DNA of 58,844 nt, the filler included, from Asterionella formosa (Eukaryota): the NCBI GenBank assembly GCA_002256025.1. It is 6 parts of 6 records of this genome, joined end to end, with 100 filler letters (N's around TTAATTAATTAA, not from the genome) between each part and the next. Parts side by side here need not be neighbours in the genome. Positions count along the whole stretch, not along the records: positions 1 to 9,775 come from NKIB01010242.1; positions 9,876 to 19,633 come from NKIB01010253.1; 4 more parts are not named here. The stretch is one strand, 5' to 3'. Each line of letters opens with the position of its first letter. Position 1 is the stretch's first letter. The notes under the pieces were generated by a model. It was not told where the DNA came from, ran no database searches, and was given only the letters and a program-made list of their open reading frames with translations. Shown here piece by piece: positions 1-10,735 of this stretch. The translations under genes and the position numbers were made by a program.

Positions 1-114
1 TTAACATAAACGACAACAAATGTGTTGTGATTCTTTCGTCCCTCTGGGCACAATACAAAATGCGCATGTGCTAGCAGTGCCTGTCGAAGGCATTGCATAC
101 TCTGCCTCGCTCCC

Positions 115-1137
115 TTACTGCTCAGTAAGCACAGTTTCCACAATGGGGGCTTCAGTTGGAGCAATAGCGGCATCGGTCTCCATATCAGCCTCCTTGGTGG
201 CTTCGGATACAGTGGGAGTCAACACCTGCTTCTTATTGACAGCAGCAGAAGTCGTAGCAACCTTTTTGGTGTCTTTGTTCTTGTTGCCAAACCTTTTGAA
301 AAACGATCCCAAAGATTTCTTCTTGGGTTGTGTCGTGGTCTTTTCGACAGTCTTGGTAACAACTGGTTGTGCTGTGACTGAAGTAGACGTCTTGACAGAT
401 TTGAAACTACTGGACGGAACGACCTGTTCAGTATCGGAAACCAAATCCTTGGTCTTGGAATCAAGTTCGCTTGTCAACTTTGTCACTTCCTCTTTAAGGG
501 CTTCGTTGGCTGCCCCCAACTCAGTGTTCTTGGCAGAAGAAACCTCCAACTGCTTGGCGAGATTTTCGAAATCGGCAGGAGGGACCATCGCTTTGTAGGG
601 AGCCGTGGCGTTTTCAATAAATGCTTCAATGATTTCACCCTTTTTCCATCCGTCTCCCAACTTGGAAAACTCAAGTGGCGGGCGGTCCTTGTGATCGGTG
701 GCATTCATTGCTTCCGGAAATTCCTTCAGGAGCAAGTGGATGACATTGTCCGATGCTCCATATCGAAAGGCCAGATGCAAGGGGAGCATCTTTTGATCAT
801 CCGTGCATCGCACGGCCATCTTGTAATTCAGAAGCAACAACTCAATGACTTTGATTGGCGCCTTGAAAATCAACGCGGCGTGCAACGGAAGTTGACTCCA
901 CCTAATCTCGTTACTATGTTCCTCGTAACGAGTCACCCATGTGCGACACTGGAGGCGAACTTCTTCCTTTCGGCCAGATTCCAGAAATTCAATGGCAGCA
1001 ATAAAGGCCTTTTCTTCAATGGCTTGATACAGATACGTTACATCCTTGTCGTAGTTGCATTCAATCGGTTCCTCGTCATCGACCTCTTCTTCGGGTTCCG
1101 TTGAAATTCGAAAGCAGCTGATGATATCCAAGACCAT
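115..1137 (-). CDS. Ankyrin-repeat-like protein with coiled coil and low-complexity C-terminus
   Basis: 340-aa ORF with ankyrin-like units WSQLPLHAALIFKAP, MLPLHLAFRYGASDNVIHLLL and ATDHKDRPPL, followed by a heptad-rich segment (LAKQLEVSSAKNTELGAANEALKEEVTKL). Confidence 0.8.
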   Translation of the reverse strand: MVLDIISCFRISTEPEEEVDDEEPIECNYDKDVTYLYQAIEEKAFIAAIEFLESGRKEEVRLQCRTWVTRYEEHSNEIRWSQLPLHAALIFKAPIKVIELLLLNYKMAVRCTDDQKMLPLHLAFRYGASDNVIHLLLKEFPEAMNATDHKDRPPLEFSKLGDGWKKGEIIEAFIENATAPYKAMVPPADFENLAKQLEVSSAKNTELGAANEALKEEVTKLTSELDSKTKDLVSDTEQVVPSSSFKSVKTSTSVTAQPVVTKTVEKTTTQPKKKSLGSFFKRFGNKNKDTKKVATTSAAVNKKQVLTPTVSEATKEADMETDAAIAPTEAPIVETVLTEQ

Positions 1138-3089
1138 GGTACGAGTGTTTTTGTTGCAATCAATCTAGAGTTTGCCTACCTCAAAGAAGAGGAACTTGGG
1201 GTCCAGAAATGGAAACTAGAATTAAATCGCCACAATATGTGCATAAGTGAAAATTTGTGAAAAATTTGTCATGCTACGTTCGTTGCATGTCAAGGATCGA
1301 ACGAGAAAACCTGACCACTAACTTTTGTATATAAGATATTCATATATTAACAATCTATATAACACAATATCACGCCAAATTGATCCGTTTCCTATCGCCG
1401 ATGGTCCTTTGTTGGCGAAGGGGTGCGCTGGCAGGGTTCCGCACCTTTGGCTCATTGGTTAGTGAATGTCATTCAACGGAATTCATCGACACGTGATCGG
1501 ATGATTGTCCCAATTTTGGAAGCAGTACGAAGCACGACAACGGGTCGGCTCAGGCACGCATTGTAATTTTTCGATGATTTATTTTAAATATTAACACATG
1601 AATAAGTATTATTTTATAAACGATCTTAGAGGAGTTATACTTGTTAGTCGCACGAATGGAGGCTGGAGGGCTCATTCGCTCTCTAAATGGCTCGTCATCA
1701 TCGTATAAATAATCAAAGTAAGTGCGGTACAGCAATATGTGTGACAATTTATTATGAGTTTCTTCTTTGTGAGCTTCTACTGATAGCGCAAAAGAAAAGG
1801 CATCAACCAAGAGAGTTTACGAGTACGGTATATACTTGTTAAACTAACCTAATCTGCGGTATGCAGTTTTGACTAACAATGAGTCAACTTTGATGTACCA
1901 AGCTCTCATCAACCACACATTCAACGTTGTCACTCTATCTATAATGAGCTGGACGATATAAGCTATTTCGGAAGACCGATAGTTTGAAATGAATGATCAA
2001 TGGTTATAAACCTATGATTGGTAAGTGTGAGATAGACATGGTTCTATCTATGTATGTATGTTTCTAGAAATGCAAACAGCATTTGGAGAATAGTTTGTTT
2101 GTTTATTCAAACTGAATAACCTAACCTAGTTTAGTAACTCAAAATAAGAATATAGAAACGAAAGAGAAAATGTCTCTATTTATAGCCTTCTTTGTCTAAC
2201 GATAGCTATAGATCTATCTAAATAGGTAATACTTCAACATATACTTGCCAGCAAAACACAACTTGATTTCTTACTTTTTCATTTTCTACTATGACATCAG
2301 CAGCCAAGTACAATTATGGAATACAACATGGAAGACTGGTGTGCTGCTGATACCATGATGTGTAATTCAATAATTTTATAGTGAATTAGTGTCAAGATTT
2401 ATTATGGCATGCATATGAGTTCAGTCAAATCTCGAATAATGTTCCAGCAAAAATCCCGTATTGAAATGCTGTGAGAATTTGAACAGCATTTGATTGTCAA
2501 GGACTATATCAGCAAACCAAGGTAAATATTTGAATGGAGAATGCTCTAAGTAATCAATATTCCACTGAAGGAAAGGTATATATGCAATGCAGATGGCATT
2601 GAATATTCATGATTGTTCTACTACTAAGTAAGTGGAGATGACTTGTCAGTTGAGAGTTGAATGTCTAACAGCACAATGAATATCTATATAAAATTTGGGA
2701 AGAGAACCTTGATAATTGGTTGTATGAACGAATACAAGATAGATCAAATACGCTCACAATAAGGTGGGATTAGAAAAAAGGTTTTAGAACATGGAGCTTG
2801 TCTAAAAAGAGCTCCTAGCATTGTTGCAGTCAGATTGCTGAACAATCGAACACATTCATACTAGCCTAGCTACAGGATTGTATTCATTGCGCTCCATGGC
2901 CCTGAAAAACGTGGTTGGGTAGTGGTGAGGTTTGGGGTGATCACTCCCTTGTGCAGAAGCCTTGAAAAAGGGTTTGGCATCAGCACTCATAGCCAGGTCC
3001 ATGTATAACACTTGCCTTGCAGGTGGGTCAAGTATCTGGATTATTTCGCCTTCTCCTTTATTTGTTTCATTGTGTTTTATGCTACTTGA

Positions 3090-3340
3090 TGGATTTTGGT
3101 AATTTTGGTCTATCTCCATGCGTTTCTTGTCAATTCTTTTTTATGGTTCTTTCATCTGTTTGTTGTTCAGTGTGTACTGTGTTGGTACGTTGGGATGGAA
3201 ATGGTCTGTCTGGATCTGATTTAGATGCGTCGATATCATCAAAAGCCTTACTCAGCCAATTAAAGGATGCTGTTGGGTGGATTTTGGTCATTTTGGTGTA
3301 TCTCCATGAGTTTCTTGTCAATTCTTGTGGTTCTTTCATT
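3090..3340. repeat. Diverged ~60-bp direct repeat pair
   Basis: tggattttggt(a/c)attttggt(c/g)tatctccatg(c/a)gtttcttgtcaattctt occurs at 3090 and 3278. Confidence 0.75.
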
Positions 3341-4813
3341 CGCTTGTAGTGTGTTGTATACTGCTTAGCTGTAGTGGCGCTGAAAAGGAATCATTTTATG
3401 GTGTAGCTATAAATATACATCGCCCTCCATAGTGAGGCAGGGAGGGTGCTTACCAGTTACTTGGTAATGGTAATTATCACTCCTTTCATATATTTTATTG
3501 ATACTATGATGTATATTTTGAACAGAGATAAAAACGGCTAATATTGCTTATAGGTAACAATCCAACTGCAGTTACAACAAGTGCTACTCTAATCCTACTG
3601 CTGAGGGTAGAAGGCTAGTAAAAGGAGCAACCAGAGTAACTTCTATGTTGATTGCCACAAAATCAAGCATTGTTATCATTTGTCCATCACGGAGTACACA
3701 AGAGTGAGAAAACAGAGTAACATTAAGACAAAGCAAGACAACACAATGGCATACTCACCTGTGTACTAGTTTTGGGGCAAAAGGATTCACTTGGTACTAT
3801 ACCTCCTGGGACAAACCTGAATTTAGAAACAACCAAAAGCAGATCAAAGCGCAACATCAATATCACTGGAGGAGAACGTAAAAGAATTCAGGTTCGCTGA
3901 TGATCAAGGGTGAACAGCCATGCATTGTTGAGATGAGGGCCGAAATGCGTCAATCCATCACATGCTGTCAGTGAATAGAACTTACTCAGTACTTGCTTTT
4001 TTGCTTGCTGAGAAAAGATCAAATCATGAAGGATCATATGAATGACTGGAGAATCAAAAAAACCTACTACAGTAGCACATTCTAACAAAATTATTAGGAG
4101 GGAGCTGAATTGATCTAGCATGGACCTAGTTACAGGAGGATGTTCATGCAGAAAAATAGACATCGTTACTGTAATGTCATCAAGAGGGGTTAAATCAAAA
4201 GAGCTGAATAGTGTACTGTCCAGAACTTTCAGCAGATGTACAACGATGTTTTATGAAGAGCTGGAAAGATTGGGCGGAATTGCGACAAAATTGGATCAGC
4301 CTGCCGACTTGGTTCTATGAAGAAGGGTGCATTTGGGTATATACTAAGTCACAATAAAAACTCCTGCACCATCTTTCCAGACTTTATAGAATGCTGACTG
4401 ATTCAATTTTGAACACCAAAATCACAAGAATGCAAGGAATGGAAAAATACATCTTTGCAAACATTCATATACTTTGTTGTTGATGGCAAATTACGTTGAA
4501 TTGATTGTCCAATAATAATCTGCCATCTCCATTGAGCACCCCAAGAATCTGTGATGATTAACATGAACATGTCAGTGTTTAGTTGTACTATTGGTAGTTG
4601 ATCAAATGTAGTGAAATACAGATTCAAAGCCATTTCAACTGGTACCAACAGTTTACTTATGTTGCAAAAACCACTATTTGCATATGATTGGTGAACTTAG
4701 TTTTCCATCCTACAAGAAGCAAATATTGGCGAGAGTATAAGCCATCTGATGTGAACCTCCTAATTTCATAAAAAGTTCATTAATCTACTAAAGATATAAT
4801 CATATGCAACTCC

Positions 4814-6568
4814 TTATTTCCCTCGGGAAGCAGCAAGTAATTGATAATTGTCCATTCCCATAACTTGCTGCATCCGATCCATCATAGCTGCTTGAGTCGG
4901 CTCACTTTGTACAACCTTCAAGGTCACTTTATAGAGCGAAGTGAGGACTAAGGCCTTGTCATCAGTAAGTGGTACTGCCAAGCGAAAGTGTGTTGCAGCC
5001 ATTTCCCATTCATTCCGGGAGGCATATGCTGCCCCCAATGAATATCGTGATTGATAATGGTTTGGTACAAGTTCCAAAGCTTTCATGTAGTATTCCATCT
5101 CTTGGTCAGTCCCTTCTCGGAGTGTTCCTAAATTACAATAAGCGGAAGCTATAGTTTCCTTGGAAGCATCTGGTACAGTAACAATCCGTTCATACCACGA
5201 TGCTTCTCCATCCTTGGTTCCTACTCCAGCACAGACCTGTGCCAAGAGCATCATGGCATCTACATCATTCTTGTTTACTCGCAGACACACATCGAAACAC
5301 TGTTTTGCATCAAAGTAATTGTCTTGTTTCAAATAGTACCCTCCCAACGTAAATGCCACTTCTTCATTATTCGGATTAACATGTTGCAAACAATATTCCA
5401 ATACTTCTTGAGCTGTCTTTGGCTCATTCAATTGCATCAATACATGTGCTAAATGAGTAAATGCTCCATCAAAGTATGGATTGATCCAAATGGCACACAT
5501 GAGTGCCTCCTTGGCTCGCACATAGTCTTGTTGTTGTTGTTGCTGTTGCTGAGCAGCCGCACTCTTCATCAAGTCATTACCAAGTCCAATCAATTGTCGT
5601 ACATATTCAACATGATTTGGATGCAAACAAAATCCTCCAATAATGTATCGTGTCCCATTGGTAATGGCTTGTCCACAATGTCGTAATCCACCAGGTCGGA
5701 TGGTGATATGACCTGCTGTCATTTCAATGACAGGGTCTTCTAATTCTTGAAACCATGTCCCACCACCGGTATACTCATCATTCAATGCCATGGTAAATGA
5801 CAAACAACCACTATCTGTATGTATACCTGTTTGTTTACCAGTTTCTGTTGTATATTTAAATAAATATACATGATCGACACATGGTAGTGATGCAGGAGTC
5901 ACAGTATCATTGATAAAGGTTGGATACGTTCGTTGCAACAACGGTAGTATGGATGTATACCACTTGTTGTGAAACCAATTCCGTAAGGATGGGACAGATG
6001 TAAGTAAGACCCCTGCTACTGGATATTGTCCCGATGACATGGTGGTCCAATTCTGATGATCTTCTGCCATTTGAACCACATTTTGACATTCTTCTTTTGA
6101 TAAGAATGGCAAAGTGGACACATGAATCGTTGTTCCTAAAATGGAATGAAAATCTGGTATTTGTCGGTTTTGTAAGGAACGTGTTGTGATATGTGGTGTC
6201 ATGTCTGGCAAAGTTGTAGCAGTACTTGTTATTGTCGTTGTTGTTGTAGTAGTAGTAGTACGTTCACCCAAGGATTCTCTGGCTGTTTGAATCGCTTGTT
6301 CATGTCGTTCTCGTGCTAATGCCCGATACTGGTCCAATAATTCCGGAGTGATAGTACCAGAAAGCCAATTGGGACGAGGAGTTGTCAAAGTCGTTGTCGA
6401 TGTTGTTGTTGTTGTTGCTATCGACAAAGAAGGTACAACTACAGCAATCAATACTAGTTGCAAGATATGATATCGAAACCATACTGCTGCTGTTGTTGTT
6501 CTACCAGCAGCAGCAGCAGTAGCAGCAGCAGCATTGTAATAATAATCATGTGGACGACGCATCATCAT
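4814..6568 (-). CDS. 2OG-Fe(II) oxygenase (prolyl/lysyl hydroxylase-like) with C-terminal TPR repeats
   Basis: HxD (IHTDSG), YTGGGTWF, distal H (LRHCG) and RYIIGGF motifs, then TPR-like helices (AYCNLG, YSLGAAYA). First in-frame ATG is at 6568 (the ORF track starts at a non-ATG codon). N-terminal hydrophobic segment; poly-A/T/Q tracts. Confidence 0.85.
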   Translation of the reverse strand: MMMRRPHDYYYNAAAATAAAAGRTTTAAVWFRYHILQLVLIAVVVPSLSIATTTTTSTTTLTTPRPNWLSGTITPELLDQYRALARERHEQAIQTARESLGERTTTTTTTTTITSTATTLPDMTPHITTRSLQNRQIPDFHSILGTTIHVSTLPFLSKEECQNVVQMAEDHQNWTTMSSGQYPVAGVLLTSVPSLRNWFHNKWYTSILPLLQRTYPTFINDTVTPASLPCVDHVYLFKYTTETGKQTGIHTDSGCLSFTMALNDEYTGGGTWFQELEDPVIEMTAGHITIRPGGLRHCGQAITNGTRYIIGGFCLHPNHVEYVRQLIGLGNDLMKSAAAQQQQQQQQDYVRAKEALMCAIWINPYFDGAFTHLAHVLMQLNEPKTAQEVLEYCLQHVNPNNEEVAFTLGGYYLKQDNYFDAKQCFDVCLRVNKNDVDAMMLLAQVCAGVGTKDGEASWYERIVTVPDASKETIASAYCNLGTLREGTDQEMEYYMKALELVPNHYQSRYSLGAAYASRNEWEMAATHFRLAVPLTDDKALVLTSLYKVTLKVVQSEPTQAAMMDRMQQVMGMDNYQLLAASRGK

Positions 6569-6799
6569 TGTCGAGGACACACAACAAAACAGCAAATGAA
6601 AAAGAAACGAAAAGTGCCAAGTAAACAAGCGGAGGGAGTGAACTTCAACATTCGAATCTTCATACTCGTACGGTATAGAAATATACCGGTATGAATGTTA
6701 TATATAATGCATCAAAGGTATTACTCGTATACCAGGTAGACCAGGTACCAGGTACCGGAGGAGTACCACCAGGTAGTTTGGCTACCTGGTACTCCGTAT

Positions 6800-8160
6800 A
6801 GCAATGTCCATCGAAAATATTTTTCCTCTTTCGCCAGCAGCTGTATTGTCCGAAACAAGGCATTGCTGGAATGTCAATTTCTTCCTTGTGTGTCAGCCCC
6901 ATCAAAGGGAGAATAGACGCAGCCAGCAACAGTTATGATCTCTTGTGGCGCCTGCTGGTCTCCTTGGTACGAGGTCTCACCCAAGCGGGTAAGTAGGTTT
7001 TGTCTTGTTTGTGGTGTCGACAAATCTCCATTGCGCAGAAACCATCATACAAGGATCTTAATTTCAGGAATTGACAGCATAGATATGCTCACCCAGGCTT
7101 GTTGGCTGCACATAGAGCGATAAATTTGTTCCCCAGCTTCATAAATTGATATTGCCTTTTGCTTTGACGCTCAGTAACCAGTTCCTTTGCCTTTCTCTTT
7201 CTCACCATTGCAGATGCTAGCGCATTCAGTTCAAGAGCATGAATGCCAGCAGATGTCAATAGGGCTGGAAGAGTTTCTTTTTGTGGGAGTCAAGATGGGC
7301 TTGGGCTTCACAATTCCTGTATTCAACAACATGGTCAACTTNNNNNNNNNNNNNNNNNNNNNNNNNNNNNNNNNNNNNNNNNNNNNNNNNNNNNNNNNNN
7401 NNNNNNNNNNNNNNNNNNNNNNNNNNNNNNNNNNNNNNNNNNNNNNNNNNNNNNNNNNNNNNNNNNNNNNNNNNNNNNNNNNNNNNNNNNNNNNNNNNNN
7501 NNNNNNNNNNNNNNNNNNNNNNNNNNNNNNNNNNNNNNNNNNNNNNNNNNNNNNNNNNNNNNNNNNNNNNNNNNNNNNNNNNNNNNNNNNNNNNNNNNNN
7601 NNNNNNNNNNNNNNNNNNNNNNNNNNNNNNNNNNNNNNNNNNNNNNNNNNNNNNNNNNNNNNNNNNNNNNNNNNNNNNNNNNNNNNNNNNNNNNNNNNNN
7701 NNNNNNNNNNNNNNNNNNNNNNNNNNNNNNNNNNNNNNNNNNNNNNNNNNNNNNNNNNNNNNAAGCTTTCCCTCATGGCAAATTCATGTCATTGCCCAAC
7801 ATCTTGTACAGCAGCTGCAATGGCGCCTTTTGGTTTTCCTCCCGCTATTGTGCTTTGTTGACTTACACTGCCTTTTGCATCTGCTGTTCTCATCTCACCC
7901 TCACCAAAATTATCACAGATATGTTCAACTTTTTGTGGTGTGGTGTTGTTCTGCTCTGTGCTTCTTGTCAGCTCATTTAGCTGGCTATCAAATGATATGA
8001 TCTCACCACCCCCCTCCTCCTGCTGCTGGTGTGTTTGAAATAAATAAATTAAAGCAATTGCTGGTGCTACTGGTGAGGAAACATATGTGGTGATGGCAGA
8101 GGCAAGATTCCTAGGAGCATTAAAGTTGTTGGTTGACATTATCGAAATAACCCACAGCAC
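6800..8160 (-). mobile_element. Possible degenerate DNA-transposon remnant spanning a gap
   Basis: Broken minus-strand frames (GGKPKGA; LV*WFLRNGDLSTPQTRQNLLTRLGET) reminiscent of diatom transposase termini, with internal stops. The centre is N gap 7342-7762. Confidence 0.25.
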
Positions 8161-8511
8161 TTCATTTTGAAATGACTATTGTTACAAAACTAAAGATTAT
8201 ATGACTCACAGTTTTTAGGTGGTACCAGTACCTTGTACTTCAGTACAAGGTAGAACTATTATAAAGGGAACATGGATGTAAACCTGTTTGTGACAACGAT
8301 TTGATATCCGACTTTTTAAAACTCTCCTTTGGTACCTGATGGTATCATCGTACTGGTATATACCGGTACCGGTATTCACGTATCTTCATTTTGGCAGCTA
8401 GTACCTGGTACCGTGCACTCCAAGAATGACACATTTGCGTCTTTCTCTTTTGTGAATGGAAAACAAAAAAAAACATGTACATCCGCCACAACAAGAACAA
8501 GATCAATCATC

Positions 8512-9597
8512 ATGGTAACAACCAACAATAGTTCAACAACTCCAACTCCATCATCTTCACCACCACGTAAGAAACCACGTCGATCGTCACGTCGAAACAA
8601 AGGAACAGTTCGTTTGGCAGAATTGATTGTTGCCAATTCGAACAAGAACAATTCTGATACGAAGATTGTTTTGTTCATTACTGGCGCTGGATTATCTGTG
8701 GCAAGTGGGATACGTCCGTTCCGATCATCGTCCACAACTAACAAAAGAGATTCTGCCATTTGGTCACAAGTTATATGGAAAACTGCCACACGGCAAGCAT
8801 TTCGTAAAGATCCATTAAAGTGGTACAATACCTTTTGGTTGCCATACTTTGCGTCCCATGATACCAACAACAATAAGTTGTACCAACCAAATGCTGGACA
8901 TGATGCTATTGCAACATTGCAGCAACTGTTTCCCAACAATATTTATGTTATTACACAAAATGTTGATGGATTGCAACAACAAGTACCAAATCAACCTGCC
9001 AATCTTGTCGAATGTCATGGACGTGTGGGATTGTACAAATGTATCCCACTTGAGGATTCAGATACAGATGATGATGACGACGACGACGATGATCGACCAG
9101 TTCATTTAGGACATCGTAGGAAACAGCGAGTTCGGCAACAAGAACAACAAGCCTCAAAATGTCCCTATCAACAATTGGAATCTATACCTGTTTCTAAAAT
9201 TGAACCACCCATGATTCGTCAATTGCTCATGACTGCTACAACGACTACTAAACTACCATCATCACCATTATGTCCACATTGCGGCACACCATGTCCACCA
9301 CAAGCATTGCTATTTGATGAAGGTTATCATAGTCATGAATTTTATCAATATCAAGTCATGGAAGAATGGATATCCAAGGCTACTGCCATTGTCTTTGTTG
9401 GAACATCCTTTGCAGTTACTATTACAGATGTGGCTTTGAAACATGCCAAACGGAATGGATTGCAAGTTTTCAATTTCAATACACAAGATACATTGCAACC
9501 TTCGGAAACATTGCATGTTGAAAACATTATTGGTCCAAGTCATGAAACTTTGGTTCAATTGGTTGATACAATACAAACCATGTTACTTTCAGAGTAG
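8512..9597 (+). CDS. Sir2-family NAD-dependent deacylase (sirtuin)
   Basis: TGAGLSVASGIRPFRS, TQNVDGL, ECHG (catalytic His), CPHC, LFDEGY and VGTS motifs. First ATG at 8512; NLS-like PRKKPRR. Confidence 0.92.
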   Translation: MVTTNNSSTTPTPSSSPPRKKPRRSSRRNKGTVRLAELIVANSNKNNSDTKIVLFITGAGLSVASGIRPFRSSSTTNKRDSAIWSQVIWKTATRQAFRKDPLKWYNTFWLPYFASHDTNNNKLYQPNAGHDAIATLQQLFPNNIYVITQNVDGLQQQVPNQPANLVECHGRVGLYKCIPLEDSDTDDDDDDDDDRPVHLGHRRKQRVRQQEQQASKCPYQQLESIPVSKIEPPMIRQLLMTATTTTKLPSSPLCPHCGTPCPPQALLFDEGYHSHEFYQYQVMEEWISKATAIVFVGTSFAVTITDVALKHAKRNGLQVFNFNTQDTLQPSETLHVENIIGPSHETLVQLVDTIQTMLLSE

Positions 9598-9875
9598 TAC
9601 AACTGCCAGGGCATCCAAAAATATCCACCACACAACCGGTGGACAACTGATGTAACATGTTTGGTTACATTATGTAGACACAATACATGCCAAAGGAAAA
9701 TTCACTCATGGCTGCCTCCAATCCCATTCTAGACCTAGTGCCTATAATACTGAAACCCTCATGCGGAGTAATATTNNNNNNNNNNNNNNNNNNNNNNNNN
9801 NNNNNNNNNNNNNNNNNNNTTAATTAATTAANNNNNNNNNNNNNNNNNNNNNNNNNNNNNNNNNNNNNNNNNNNN

Positions 9876-10108
9876 GTGCCGCAAATGTGTTTGGAGACAA
9901 CGCAAGTGTGGTAAAGAATGTGACTAGGCCTGAGTCAACGTTAAATAAAAGGCATAATGCGATTGCTTATCACAAGTGTCGTGAGGCTTGTGCATGCGGA
10001 TCGGCGCGTGTTGCACATGAACCTGGTAAGGCTAACTGCTCTGATGGTCTAACGAAAATACTCACTGGGGTGCCGTTTTATCATTTTGCCAGGAGTGTTT
10101 TATATTAA
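9876..10108 (+). mobile_element. Ty1/Copia retrotransposon 3' end (RNase H C-terminus)
   Basis: GDNASVVKN..PESTLNKRHNAIAYHKCRE...NCSDGLTK matches the Copia RNase H D-N, K-H-I and N-AD-LTK pattern. The 5' part lies in a gap. Confidence 0.9.
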
Positions 10109-10139
10109 ATTGTTTCTGTTATATCTATTAGAACATTGC

Positions 10140-10735
10140 TTGAGAGCGATATTAAGTGATGTTTGATACAGAACAAGGTTCAATGACTACTGTTCTTTTC
10201 CAAAACGGAATAGGAAGACAGTGGGTTGCGAATCGGAATACATGGTACAGCCCAAAATGGACTGAGTGATGAAGATCACTGGCAGAACCGGTCGTTATTG
10301 TTGCAATGGAGGAGCGTTTTCACGGTGGCATCTGGCAGCCATGGTTACCACCGTGGGGGGACTGGTAAATTCTGGGTATATATGTCAGGGTGTCTCAGGC
10401 GTATGCTCAACGGGGAAACCGTTAGGTGTATTCCTGCGAGGTCTGTCTTGTGACATGCAGGCGCCTGGTACTAGCGGCCTGTATGACCAGCGTGCATTTT
10501 GGTCATCCTTGAGTGGGTAATCCTTGTCTGGAATATGTCGAGTTTTTCCCATCCAACAAGTTGTGTTGGATATTGCTTTGTGATTACTTCTTTTATGTGG
10601 TACCCTTCGATAGCGCTAATTGCAACATTAGGTTCAGTATTCTCCCCATCGCCTGTTTGATAGGAGAATTAGTCGTGGAACCATTCCACTTCGATATTCT
10701 TACGGTGCTGTCCTCGCATCTTCGTTTAACTTAGA
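10140..10735 (+). mobile_element. Putative PPT and 3' LTR of the Copia element
   Basis: Short purine-rich ttgagagcga after the pol stop, then ~600 bp of GC-richer non-coding DNA ending before AT-rich sequence. No second LTR is visible to confirm the boundaries. Confidence 0.3.

Noticed and set aside
20..598. Antisense ORFs overlapping real genes (also 8376-8939, 14209-14721, 36564-37061, 42995-43495)
   Set aside because: Shadow frames of well-supported opposite-strand CDSs, with no recognisable motifs.
5527..6532. Trinucleotide runs (tgt, agc, agt)
   Set aside because: They encode ordinary poly-Q/T/A low-complexity tracts within the oxygenase gene.
7187..8000. Long ORFs in the track spanning 7342-7762
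   Set aside because: Open only because they run through Ns.
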